DNA from: an uncultured Planctomycetaceae bacterium
GTDB lineage: Bacteria; Planctomycetota; Planctomycetia; Pirellulales; PALSA-1355
Length of the DNA stretch: 64,000 nt
Assembly (NCBI GenBank): GCA_963785305.1
Contig: CAWAUV010000001.1
Coordinates: 64,001-128,000 of the forward strand
Reading direction: 5' to 3'
Positions 1 through 10,300 of the stretch are shown in pieces. A program made the position numbers and the translations under genes. Below the pieces are notes generated by a model, which was not told the origin of the DNA, did not search any database, and was given only the letters and a program-made list of their open reading frames with translations. The number at the start of each line of letters is the position of its first letter. Position 1 is the first letter of the stretch.

Positions 1-374
1 GAAAAATACTCCGGCTTGACCAATTCTAGCCGCCCGCCACTTTCTTCGATGCGCTCCCGCAGGGTCTTAAATTCGCCGGGCGACAAAATCCTCCACATGG
101 CGTTCTTGACCCCGAGGCAAAAGGCATCGACCAGAAACACCGCGCACGCGAGGTTTCCATCGGGCATGCGCCGGGCAAACACCAATTGGCCCAAGCCTTC
201 AGACCAAAGGTTTTCCGGAACCAGCGAGGCGACGACCGGCCAGAGATGCGCCGCCTTCAGCCGCACGGCGGGATTTGGCGAGGAACTTCGCGCCAGTTCC
301 CTGCGACGCGCATTGCGCTTGGCTTTTTGCTTGGCCAGCTTCTTCTGTTCACGGGCTCCATGCTGTTTGGGCAT
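1..374 (-). CDS. Conserved hypothetical protein, runs off the window start
   Basis: My translation from ATG at 374 (SD-like AGAAAGGA upstream): MPKQHGAREQKKLAKQKAKR...GLGQLVFARRMPDGNLACAVFLVDAFCLGVKNA...; open to position 1; absent from the supplied ORF track. Confidence 0.75.
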   Translation of the reverse strand, partial: MPKQHGAREQKKLAKQKAKRNARRRELARSSSPNPAVRLKAAHLWPVVASLVPENLWSEGLGQLVFARRMPDGNLACAVFLVDAFCLGVKNAMWRILSPGEFKTLRERIEESGGRLELVKPEYF

Positions 375-521
375 CGACAAATCCTTTCTTGGCAAATGAG
401 TGTTCCCGCCCGAATGCCAAGTTTTACCGCGGCCCGCACCCCGAGGACAAGTCTCGGCGCCTTGCCGTAGCGGGTGATCGGTGCGGTGGTCGACCGAGCC
501 GGGGCCATCGGCTTTTCGGGT

Positions 522-608
522 CTACGTCGGAGGAGAGGCCAGATAGTTCCTCTGAAGCAGGTAATTCTCGATTTCTGACAGCATTCGCTTCAGATAATCC
601 ACGACGTG
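522..608 (-). pseudogene. Orphan 3' end of a gene cut by the IS (possibly a MAE_28990-type HEPN protein)
   Basis: Reads HVVDYLKRMLSEIENYLLQRNYLASPPT-TAG starting right at the IS end; the family resemblance is from memory only. Confidence 0.35.
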
Positions 609-897
609 CTGTTCTGGTTCACCGTGAACTGGAATGATCGGGCATTTGGGTTAGCGAATGAGTAAAGGCGTCCTGCCGGGGATTTCGCGGCATCGTGCCG
701 CGAAGGTTTATCGCATTGGCGCCAATCCCGAATATCGGGCCGCGCTCCCGGAACGTCGAGCGGAGCGAGACGGCGATGGCCGGAGCCAGTCGCCGTCCGC
801 CCTTCGGTCTTGGCCGCTGGGTCGGCGCTCGGGTTGCCCCTCGGCAGAGCCCTATCCTCCGCCCAGTTCATCCGTCATCGTAGCGCGGCGCGAAGCT

Positions 898-1912
898 TCA
901 GGCAACCTTGGCTCCGGCGTTGGCGGCGGCCCGCGCCGTGCGCCGTCGCTCGCGCGCCGATTCCAGCTTCGCGTCACGCTCGTCGAAGATTTGTTTTTCG
1001 AGGCCGTTCAACTTGTCGCTCGGCGTGACGTAGCCGATCGTGGCATGTAAACGTTCGTGATTGTAGTGCTCGACGAACTTCGTGATCCGGCTTCGCGCGT
1101 CCTCGACATCCGCGGGACAAGCCGGGCGAATGCACTCGGCCTTCAGGCTCTTGTGCCAGCGTTCCAACTTCCCGTTGCTTTGCGGATAAAACGGACTCGT
1201 TCGCACATGCGTCATGCCGGCCAGGCGAATGCACTCCTTGAAATCGCGGGCGATAAACTGCGGGCCGTTGTCGCTGATGATCCGCGGCTTTTCGTCCGGA
1301 AACTTTTCTCGCGCGCGTTGAATCACCGTTTCCACTTCGAACTCCTTCATGCTCTCGCGCAGCTCCCAATGCACGATGTAGCGGCTGTAGCCGTCCAGAA
1401 TCGTGCAGAGAAAGTAGAACGTGCCGGCCAGATTGATGTACGAAATATCGACATGCCAGTGGTCGTGCGGCCGCGGCGGCTGCACGAAACCGGTTCCTTT
1501 CTTGGACGGCGAGAACTTGCGTTGGTCGAGCCGTCCGCCTTGTTTCAATACCCGATACACGCTGCTGGGACTGACGGCCACCACGTCGTCGTCGAGCATC
1601 ATGAACGCCAAGCGGCGATAACCGTTCAGCGGGTGGCTGTCATGGTAGGCGAGGATGGCTTGTTTCTCCCAATCCTCGAGTTCTCGATTCCCCGGGCCAC
1701 CAGTCGCGCGGGACCTTGCCGTTGTGCTCGTTGGCCTTGCCGTAGCGGTCCTTCCACTGGTGGAACTTGCTCGGCGCCAATTCCAGCCAGCCCAGCAGCC
1801 GCTGGGCCGGCAGCTCGGCACGCTCGGTCCAACGCCCGATGTAATCGACGATGGCGTCGCGCGTGTCGTGGGGAACCCAAACTCCCTTCAGAGTTCCCCA
1901 AGCTCTTTTTTT
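898..1912 (-). CDS. IS3-family transposase OrfB (DDE/rve integrase core), frame broken at ~1681-1696
   Basis: WHVDISY...ILDGYSRYIV, ISDNGPQF, PQSNGKLERWHKSLK, YNHERLH motifs; the N-terminal part lies in ORF 1640..2035. Confidence 0.88.
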
Positions 1913-2214
1913 GCGCGGACATTCTCCTCCATCAGTTCGGCGATGACTTCGTTCTTGGTGACCAGCTTCGATTCGAGCTGGGCGATCTTCTGGTCCTTGG
2001 CCGCTTCCAGCCGCGGCGGCCGCCCGCCCGCCCACCGCCCGACCGCCTTCTCGGCCTGATCGAGCACCTGCTTGACCCAGAGATGGATCAGGCTGGGCTG
2101 AACCTTGAATTCATCGGCCAAATCCGACACCGGCGTTTTGCCGCTCAAATGCCGCCGCACGACCTGGGCCTTCTGCTCGGCGGAAAAATGCCGCCGTGTT
2201 CGCAATTCGCTCAT
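1888..2214 (-). CDS. IS3-family transposase OrfA (HTH)
   Basis: MSELRTRRHFSAEQKAQVVRRHL...VSDLADEFKVQPSLIHLWVKQ...; ends over an A7G slippery motif. Confidence 0.9.
   Translation of the reverse strand: MSELRTRRHFSAEQKAQVVRRHLSGKTPVSDLADEFKVQPSLIHLWVKQVLDQAEKAVGRWAGGRPPRLEAAKDQKIAQLESKLVTKNEVIAELMEENVRAKKELGEL
1905..1912 (-). promoter_or_regulatory. -1 programmed ribosomal frameshift site AAAAAAAG joining OrfA and OrfB
   Basis: CTTTTTTT on the + strand at the orfA/orfB overlap; canonical IS3 signal. Confidence 0.8.
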
Positions 2215-2285
2215 GGAAACGTCCTCCCTCGGGATTTATGCTAATCCCAACGGCCAAACTTTCCAGTTCCGGGAGGGGCAGAACA

Positions 2286-2447
2286 GGGGCTCGTTCGAGA
2301 TCATCTTTCCGGAAATGCCGGTGGTTGTTCAGCGGATTGCCGTGCAACCTCGCTTGCCGGCGCCCGTCCAGACGCGCGACGCATTAGGCGACACGCCCAA
2401 GAGGAAAGCCGCTTCTTTGATCTTCAGGTGATCGCGAAGGCTTTTCG
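2286..2447 (-). pseudogene. Degenerate MerR-type/excisionase-like HTH DNA-binding protein abutting the IS
   Basis: KSLRDHLKIKEAAFLLGVSPN...W...GK then, after a frameshift, HGNPLNNHRHFRKDDLER; no start codon seen. Confidence 0.6.
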
Positions 2448-3045
2448 CCGGGCAGAAATTACCGCCGCGCCCACGAGATAAGACGATCTCAAACCTTAGC
2501 AAACCGTGCCGGCAATGTGAAGCATCTCGATTTCGGATTTCCAGCGGAGTCCGCCACGAAGCCGGCGAGCACCTGAAAAGGCGACTTCCCATGCCGGCGC
2601 CGTTATTCAACACGGATTCTTCGTCTTGCCCTTGTCGGTGGATGTTGGAGCCTTCGTAGCGGCGAAGATCGGCGACACCGGCGCCGATCGTGGACGGGAA
2701 CGATACTCGCGACCACAATGACTGCCGGGCTTCGATCTCGTCAGCATCGCTGGCGGAAAGTAGTGCTTCCAAGAGCCAGAGGTTCGGGGATGCCGGCCGT
2801 CATCTTGCGGACGAGCAGAAAATGTCCGTTCGTTTTCGTTCGGCGAGGAACTTTTCAATCCGCCACCCCTGGGCCATCGCAGTTGTTCGACCCTGACGCC
2901 GGGTTTCTTACCGGCCAGTGGGATGTTCAAGGGGTGCCGCTCACAACTTCTTGAATGCGGGCGGAGACCTTTAGGGGCGGGACGCCGTCTGCCGCCGCGG
3001 GACATATCAGCCGAAAGGTCGTGGCCCGAGAAATCCCGCCAAAAA

Positions 3046-3076
3046 AAGTGCCTCATAAGTGCCTCATAAGTGCCTC
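3046..3076 (+). repeat. Tandem 11-bp repeat AAGTGCCTCAT (two full copies plus a partial third), candidate integrase arm-type sites
   Basis: Seen directly, ~130 bp upstream of the tRNA fragment; a TGGTACA direct repeat follows. Confidence 0.6.
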
Positions 3077-3207
3077 CATGTGGTACATTTGGTACAATAT
3101 GATCGCTGCACGGTGACACATGGCCGCGAGGCACAAAGGCTTTGCGTTCAATAACTTGTGACGCAAATAGCTAGCGGGCAATGATTTACGAAAAACGTCC
3201 TTGTCGC

Positions 3208-3260
3208 ACTCAAAATCCGGTACTCGCAAGGGTGTGTGGGTTCAAGTCCCACCTCCGGTA
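3208..3260 (+). other. 3' half of tRNA-Leu(CAA): att site at the right boundary of an integrated element
   Basis: ACTCAAAATCCGG (anticodon loop and 3' stem), long variable arm, GGGTTCAAGTCCC T-arm, acceptor 3' strand CTCCGGTA; no D-arm or 5' acceptor strand upstream. Confidence 0.85.
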
Positions 3261-3517
3261 TTCTAATGAAGCCGTGATTTCCGGTTCCTCCCGGCTACGG
3301 GTCGCCGCCCCCGGGGGCACGGCTCCCGGGGCGCCGGGCGAATCGAGAGTTCGAATCGGGCCAAAGGCCGAGCCGCTTATGCTTGGTTTCCTGTTGATGC
3401 TCGGCAAACGCCGACCTCGGAGGCGCCAGTTTTAAGGCGATCCTCACACGATCCCATTCCAGGCGGGCCGCTGGCCTGTCGCGCCGCCGAAAAAATGTCG
3501 AAGGACCACCACGGACC

Positions 3518-4573
3518 ATGACTGAATCGATTCCACGTCGCCAGTGGTTGCAAGGCGTTTCGGCCGGCATCGCCGGTCTGGGACTGACCTCGCTCGCCGA
3601 ATTCGCCCCTGGCGCCGAGACCCGAGCGGGCGCGAAGCAAACACCCACCACGCCCGGCGGCACCACGACCCTCGGCCCCGCCCATCCAGAAGCCGCTCGC
3701 TCGGAACCCCATTCGCCAGCCCGGCCGACCAAGTTTCGCATCTCGCTCAATACCAGCACGGTGCGCGGCCAGAAGCTTTCGCTCGACCAGGTCGTCGATC
3801 TGGCCGCAAGTGTCGGCTACGACGGCATCGAGCCTTGGGCCGATGAACTCGATCGCCATGTCAAGGAAGGCGGATCGCTCGCGGACTTAAAAAAACGAAT
3901 TGCCGACCATGGGCTCGCGGTCGCGAATCTCATCGCGTTTCCCGAATGGATCGTCAACGATCCTGCTCGCCGCGCGCAAGGTTATGCCACCGCGACGCAA
4001 GCGATGAACTTGGCGCTTGCGATCGGCTGCCCGCGCATCGCGGCCCCGCCGGCCGGGGCGCGCGACCTCACCGACATCAGCCTCTCCGATGCCGGCGAGC
4101 GCTATCGCAAACTGCTCGAAATCGGCGATGAGAGCGGTGTCACGCCCGTATTGGAGTTCTGGGGTCCCTCGCGCACTTTAAGCCGCCTGAGCGAGGCCGT
4201 ATATGTGGCGATCGAGGCCGATCATCCGAAGGCAAGCATCTTGGCCGATGTGTATCACATGTACAAAGGCGCGTCGGGCCACAACGGAATTCGGCTGCTC
4301 TCGGCGCATGCCCTGCCGGTGATTCATTTGAATGATTACCCCACCAACTTGTCGCGAGATAAGATCACCGACGCCGATCGCGTGTTCCCTGGCGATGGCG
4401 GGGCTCCCTTGCGCGAAATTTTCCGCGATCTGCGCTCGATCGGCTTCGGCGGTTTTCTTTCGCTGGAGTTGTTCAATCGCGACTATTGGAGTCGCGACGC
4501 CGTCGAGGTGGCGCGGATCGGTCTGGAGAAGACCCGCGCCGTGATCCTGGCCAGCGAATCGCCCGCGAAATAA
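3518..4573 (+). CDS. Sugar phosphate isomerase/epimerase (xylose-isomerase-like TIM barrel) with Tat-like signal
   Basis: PRRQWLQG leader; GYDGIEPW, LEFWG, DVYHMY, HLND, PGDG, SLELFN motifs. Confidence 0.88.
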   Translation: MTESIPRRQWLQGVSAGIAGLGLTSLAEFAPGAETRAGAKQTPTTPGGTTTLGPAHPEAARSEPHSPARPTKFRISLNTSTVRGQKLSLDQVVDLAASVGYDGIEPWADELDRHVKEGGSLADLKKRIADHGLAVANLIAFPEWIVNDPARRAQGYATATQAMNLALAIGCPRIAAPPAGARDLTDISLSDAGERYRKLLEIGDESGVTPVLEFWGPSRTLSRLSEAVYVAIEADHPKASILADVYHMYKGASGHNGIRLLSAHALPVIHLNDYPTNLSRDKITDADRVFPGDGGAPLREIFRDLRSIGFGGFLSLELFNRDYWSRDAVEVARIGLEKTRAVILASESPAK

Positions 4574-4589
4574 AGCCGGCGTGTCGCCA

Positions 4590-5642
4590 ATGTCGCTTCC
4601 GCAATCCTCGCGCTACGATCGTCAAGCCCGCTTCGCGCCCCTGGGCGTCGAGGGCCAGCGCCGCTTGACCGAAAGTCGGGCCACGGTCTGCGGATGCGGA
4701 GCGCTCGGCACGGTCGCGGCCGAACTGCTTGTGCGGGCTGGCGTCGGACATGTGCGCATCATCGATCGCGATTTCGTCGAGTTGAGCAACTTGCAACGGC
4801 AAGTTTTGTTCGACGAGGAAGACGCCATTCGCCGCATGCCCAAGGCAATCGCCGCCGCCGAGAAACTACGCCGCGTCAACAGCCAGATTCACATCGAACC
4901 GATGGTCGCGGACCTCGAACCCTCGAACGCGCTCGAGCTCTTGGGCGGCGATGCCCGCGCGGGACAGGTGATCGTCGATGGCACGGACAACTTCGAAACC
5001 CGGCTATTGATTAACGACGCCGCGCTCGCGCTCGGCGTGCCCTGGGTCCATGCCGGTTGCTTGGGCGCGGAAGGGCAAACGATGACCATCTTGCCCGGTC
5101 GCTCGGGCTGCCTGCGATGTCTGCTTCCCGAGCCGCCCGCCGCCGGCACGCTGCCGAGTTGCGAGACCGCGGGAGTGCTGGGGCCGATTGTTCATGTGAT
5201 CGCCGCGATCGCGGCGTGCGAGGCGATCAAGATTCTCGCCGGCCGGCTCGAGGCCGTGAGCCCGGCGCTCGCGGTGATCGACCTCTGGACGAATCGCTTT
5301 CGGTCGCTCGATTCCCGAGCGCTCGCCGGTTCAAGCGACTGCCCGGCCTGCGGCAAGCGAGACTTTGCTTGGCTCGGCGGGAAGCGCGCCGGTCATTCGA
5401 CCGTGCTCTGCGGGCGCGACGCGGTGCAGGTGAGTCCGCCCCCGGAAGCAGGTCGCATCGATTTGATATCGCTCGCCGCGCGGCTCGCGCCGCTGGGATC
5501 GGTGGAACGGAATGCCTATTTGGTGCGTTTTTCGGCCGAGGGCTTGCAGTTGACCGTGTTCGCCGATTCGCGGGCGATCGTCAGCGGCACGACCGATCCG
5601 GCCGTGGCCCGCTCGGCGTATGCGCGTTACCTGGGTAGCTGA
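4590..5642 (+). CDS. ThiF/MoeB-family adenylyltransferase
   Basis: RYDRQ, GCGALG, DRDFVELSNLQRQ, DGTDNFETR, CLRC/CPAC zinc motifs. Confidence 0.92.
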   Translation: MSLPQSSRYDRQARFAPLGVEGQRRLTESRATVCGCGALGTVAAELLVRAGVGHVRIIDRDFVELSNLQRQVLFDEEDAIRRMPKAIAAAEKLRRVNSQIHIEPMVADLEPSNALELLGGDARAGQVIVDGTDNFETRLLINDAALALGVPWVHAGCLGAEGQTMTILPGRSGCLRCLLPEPPAAGTLPSCETAGVLGPIVHVIAAIAACEAIKILAGRLEAVSPALAVIDLWTNRFRSLDSRALAGSSDCPACGKRDFAWLGGKRAGHSTVLCGRDAVQVSPPPEAGRIDLISLAARLAPLGSVERNAYLVRFSAEGLQLTVFADSRAIVSGTTDPAVARSAYARYLGS

Positions 5643-5700
5643 ACCGCCAGGCCGCCGATATTTCCGCCGGATTTATTTTCGAGCCCACGGGCGCCGCAAT

Positions 5701-6125
5701 TCAAAGTCGAAATGGGCTGGGCAGCAGTTCACCCAACGTGAATTGTCCAACGCCATCGACCAGCACAATCGTTTCCGGATCGCAGAATTCCGCCAACACT
5801 TGCCGGCACGCGCCGCAGGGCATGCGATGTTCGGTCGGCGCGCCTGGGCTCGCGTCGGGACATGCGACGGCGATCATCTCGAGGCGATTGTGCCCCGCCG
5901 CGACGGCGGCGAACACCGCCACGCGTTCCGCGCATACCGTAAGTCCAAACGAGGCGTTTTCGAGGTTGCAGCCGGTGATGACTTCGCCCTCGGCCAACAC
6001 CGCCGCGCCGACATGAAACTTCGAATAGGGGCAATAGGCTCGCTGGGCCGCGCTCGCGCCGCGTCGAGCAAGCGGGCAGCCTCGGCGCGAATTCCACTGG
6101 GCAACGATTCAAGGTCGGGCTTCAT
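5701..6125 (-). CDS. cdd: Cytidine deaminase (one frameshift near the 5' end)
   Basis: AYCPYSKFHVGAA, GCNLENASFGLTVCAERVA, PCGACRQVLAEF. Confidence 0.9.
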
Positions 6126-6131
6126 CGGCGC

Positions 6132-7007
6132 TTACTTGGTCTCGGCCAGCGTTTTCTTCAGCCACGCGATCATCTGTTCGCGGTAGTCGGAATACAGTTT
6201 ATCCCAGCCGCCCATGCCGTGGCCGCCCTGGGGCACGACGATCAATTCGCACACATTGCCAGCGGCTCGCATCTGTTCTTGAAACACCGTGGACTGCTCG
6301 AATGGAACCTGTTTGTCCTGATCGCCATGGATCAGTAGAAAGGGGGGCAAGCCTTTTTGGATATAGTTCGAGGGCGAGATGGCGCGGAGCTTGGCGTAGG
6401 CGTCGTCGTTGAGCTCCGTAAGGCCCAAAAGGCCGGTCTCGGCCGCGCCGAGCGACTGGCGCTTGCGCACTTGCATTTCCAAACTATGCGGCGCGTAAAA
6501 CGGCACTACCGCCGCCACCCGCGCTTCCCCCGAACCGCGCACTCCGACATAGGATACCAAATGCCCGCCCGCCGATTCGCCAATGAGGGCAATTCGCCGG
6601 GGATCGACCTTGAACTCGGCCGCGTGCCGCTTGACCCACACGACCGCCGCCTCCACATCGTCGGCGCAGGCCGGCCAGCGATACTTCGGCGCGAGGCGGT
6701 AGTCGATCGTGAACCAGACGAATCCGGCTTTGCCGAGCGCGTCGAACAGCGGTGTGATGTAGCTGCGTTTATCGCCTTTGGTGAAGCCGCCGCCATGGAC
6801 CAGGATACAGGTCGGAAACGGCCCATCACCTGGCGGAACAAAGGCGTCGAGCGTCAGACGCACGCCCTCGACATCGCGATATTCAATGTCACGCCGGAGC
6901 GTTCCCGCGGAGTCGCCGGCTGGCGCGTTGGGTGGAGCGGCAAACGCGCCGCCGGCATGGCCTAACACAGTCAAAACAATCGCGCTCGCCCAGTGTCGGA
7001 GTCGCAT
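6132..7007 (-). CDS. Secreted alpha/beta hydrolase (HSL-like esterase)
   Basis: Signal peptide; HGGGF, YRLAP, GESAGGHL, HGDQD, GGHG. Confidence 0.9.
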   Translation of the reverse strand: MRLRHWASAIVLTVLGHAGGAFAAPPNAPAGDSAGTLRRDIEYRDVEGVRLTLDAFVPPGDGPFPTCILVHGGGFTKGDKRSYITPLFDALGKAGFVWFTIDYRLAPKYRWPACADDVEAAVVWVKRHAAEFKVDPRRIALIGESAGGHLVSYVGVRGSGEARVAAVVPFYAPHSLEMQVRKRQSLGAAETGLLGLTELNDDAYAKLRAISPSNYIQKGLPPFLLIHGDQDKQVPFEQSTVFQEQMRAAGNVCELIVVPQGGHGMGGWDKLYSDYREQMIAWLKKTLAETK

Positions 7008-7341
7008 GGTTGTGTCCTTGAAAAGAAGATTCTTCGTGGATTTTAGTGGCTCGGGGCGGCGAATTCGGGCGGAAACGCGACTTCCGCCTTTCTGGCACGG
7101 TTCCGAGAAAGCATAACCCGGCGCGGCGACCGTGTCACATTCTTTGCAGCCGGTTCGCGTGCCGGCGGCTGCTCCGCCGGGCGCCTTGCACGATGCGGGA
7201 TCGCCATTCACCGGCAGCCGCTCGGTAGGCGCTTGAAACCGGCGTCGCCGAAAAGTATCGTGTTTTGATGCTCCGGTCGCCTTGCGAACCCGAGTTCCCC
7301 GCCCCCGCCCCGCCACCCCAATCCAGAATCGACGTGCCTCC

Positions 7342-10300
7342 ATGCCGTGTTCGAATCGGTTGCTCCCACGCCCGTGCTTGCTTTTGGCTTGTCTCGCCGC
7401 CGGTTCGATCGCCGCGGCTGTTTCGGCTGCCGCTTCTGGCGAGATCACGACGGCCACCTATCCGCCGGCCGCCGGACCCGGCGGCGGCAAACATGTCGTG
7501 TTGCTCGCGGGCGACGAAGAATACCGCTCGGAAGAAGGCCTGCCCCAGTTGGCCAAGATTCTGAGCCAGCGGCTCGGCTTTCGCTGCACGGTGCTGTTTT
7601 CACTCAATGACAAGGGCGAGATCGATCCGAACAACGGCGCTTCGATCTCCGGCGCCGAGGCGCTCGATTCGGCCGACGCGATCGTGATGCTCCTGCGTTA
7701 TCGCAAATGGCCCGACGCCGAATGCCAGCGGTTCCTTGCCGCCTACGAACGCGGAATTCCGATCATCGGCCTCAGAACCTCGACCCATGCCTTCAACCTG
7801 CCGAGCGGCAAATACGCTGCCCAACTCAACAGCTTTGGCAAGAATGTGCTGGGCGAGCGATGGGTCAATCACTGGGGGCGTCACAAGTCGGAAGCCACGC
7901 GCGGCGTGATCGAACCGAGCGCCAAAGACCTGCCCATCATGCGCGGCGTGGCCGATATCTTCGGCGATACCGATGTCTATGAAGCTTATCCGCCGTCCGA
8001 CGCCCAGATTCTTGTTCGCGGACAAGTGCTCAAGGGCATGAAGCCCGACGACGCCCCGGCCGACTACCGCCGCAACCGCTCGACCGACAAGCAAGAACAG
8101 GGCATCAACGACCCGATGATGCCGGTCGCGTGGACCCGATTGCATAAGAACGAAGCGGGCAAGACGAATCGTGTGTTTTGCACCACGATGGGCTCGTCGA
8201 CCGACTTGCAAAACGAAGGCCTTCGCCGCCTTGTGGTCAATGCCGTGTTTTGGGGCCTTGAGCTCGATGTGCCGGCCAAGGCCGATGTGTCGCTCGTGGG
8301 CGACTACAAACCGACGCCCTACGGTTTCAACGGTTATATCAAAGGCCGCAAGCCGGCCGACGCCCTGTTGGACGCGAAGAGCCCCGCTCCCGACCAAGGC
8401 CCTGCTCCCAACCAGGGCGCCGCGAACCCCGCGGAAAAGAAGATGGCAAAAAAAGAAGCCGTCAAGGTTGCCGAGGCGAATAAGGACTATGGCAAGAAGC
8501 CCGGCGTGAATAAAGACGGCGAAAAACGCGATCCGCTGCGAGCCACCCTTCCCGGCAGCCGGCCCGCGGAGCCTCGCGCCGCGCTCGCTCCCAGCAAGCT
8601 GCCGCTGGAATTCAACGTGCATGAGCGAATCGCGTTCGTAGGCGGCTCGCTGGCCGAGCGGTTCAATCTTTTTGGCGCTTTCGAGACGCTGCTGCACACT
8701 CGCTTCGCCGACAAGGAGTTGGTCGTTCGCAATTTTGCCCGGCCGGCCGATGAAGTCGTGCTCCGTCAGCGGCCCAACGACTACACGAAACTCGACGATC
8801 CGCTCACGGCCTTCGAGCCGGACACGTTTCTCTGCTTTTTCGGTTTCAATGAATCGTATGCCGGCCCCGGCGGCGTCGACGCCTTTCGCGCCAACTACCT
8901 CAAATATCTAGACGAAATGACGGCGCACTACCCGCGCGGCGAGGCCGGGGCGCCGCGGTTCGTGCTCGTGACTCCGATCGCGTTCGAGAGCCCGCGCGAG
9001 GGCAAGTCCACCGCGACCCCGCGGCAGATATTGCCTGTCTCGCCCGACCTCTTGCCGAGCGGCGAACGCGAAAACGCGAATCTCAAGCTCTATGCCGCCG
9101 CCGTGGCCGAAGTGGCCAAAGAGCGCGGCCTGGCGGTGATCGATCTCCACGAGCCCTCGAGCGCGCTCTTCGCCCGCGAGCCGGGCCTGCAATACACGAT
9201 CAATGGTTGCCACTTAAACGCCGCGGGCGATCTTGAAATCTCGCTCGCGTTGGCCGCCGCCATTACCGGCCAAAAGCTCGATTCGCTTCGACCAGCCGAC
9301 AACGATGGCGGCCAGTTCGAGCGATTGCGCGAGGCGGTGAACGATAAGTCCTGGGTCCACTCCCAAGACTATCGCATGCTCAACGGCTGGTATGTCTACG
9401 GCGGTCGCCGCACCTGGGACACGGAAACATTTCCCCGCGAATTCATCAAGATTCGCAACATGGTCGCGGTGCGCGATCGCCGTGTGTGGACGGTCGCCCA
9501 AGGCAAGTCGGTGGTGTCGACGCCCGACGATACGTTGACCGGCGAGCTCCTTGTGCCGCCGACGCGGTTCGGGCTCGTGAGCAAGTCGGAAGCCGAGTCG
9601 CCGCGCGTGCTCTCGCCAGAAGCCGATCTGGCCACCTTCACCACGCCGCCGGGCTTCGAAGCGAAGCTGTTCGCGAGTGAGCAGCAGTTCCCCCAATTGT
9701 CCAAACCCTGCCAGATAGGCTTCGACAATCGCGGCCGGCTCTGGGCTTCGTGCATGCCGACCTATCCCCAGTGGTTGCCCGGCGATGGCCGACCGAGCGA
9801 CCGGCTGCTGATCTTCGAAGACACGGATCACGACGGCCGCGCCGATGTATGTAAGAGCTTCTACGACAAACTCCACTGCCCGACCGGTTTCGAATTCTGG
9901 CAGGGCGGCGTGCTCGTGGTCGATCAGCCGAGGCTCTTGTGGCTGAAAGACACCGATGGCGACGACCGGGCCGATGTGGTCGTGCATCTCATTGATGGCT
10001 GGGCAACCGACGACACGCATCACACGATCGGCGCCTTCGAATGGTCGCATGGCGGCCTACTGCACATGATGGAAGGCGTGTCGATGAGCACCACGCTCGA
10101 AACCCCCTGGGGACCGTTTCACAATATGGGCTCCTCGGGAACCTATCGCCTCGATCCGCGCACGCTCCGCGTCACCCACTTCAATACGCCCGGCTATGGC
10201 AATCCCTGGTGCTATGTCTTCAATCCCTGGGGACAGGGCTTTTGCGGCGACGGCACCGGCGGCAATCAACACTGGGATTCTCCGCTAAGCGGGGCCCAAT

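Larger units (their letters stand above)
610..2285 (-). mobile_element. IS3-family insertion sequence (~1676 bp)
   Basis: Imperfect terminal inverted repeats with TG...CA ends: TGTTCTGGTTCACCGTGAACTGGAA from 610 and (minus strand) TGTTCTGCCCCTCCCGGAACTGGAA from 2285; orfA/orfB layout; no clear target-site duplication. Confidence 0.9.

Noticed and set aside
2450..3040. Possible integrase or other gene remnant between the HTH fragment and the att site
   Set aside because: No recognisable motifs in any frame.
3046..3076. CRISPR array
   Set aside because: 11-bp abutting repeats without spacers and no cas genes; no CRISPR array was seen anywhere in the window.
3170..3260. Intact tRNA-Leu gene
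   Set aside because: No 5' acceptor strand or D-arm; only the 3' half is present.
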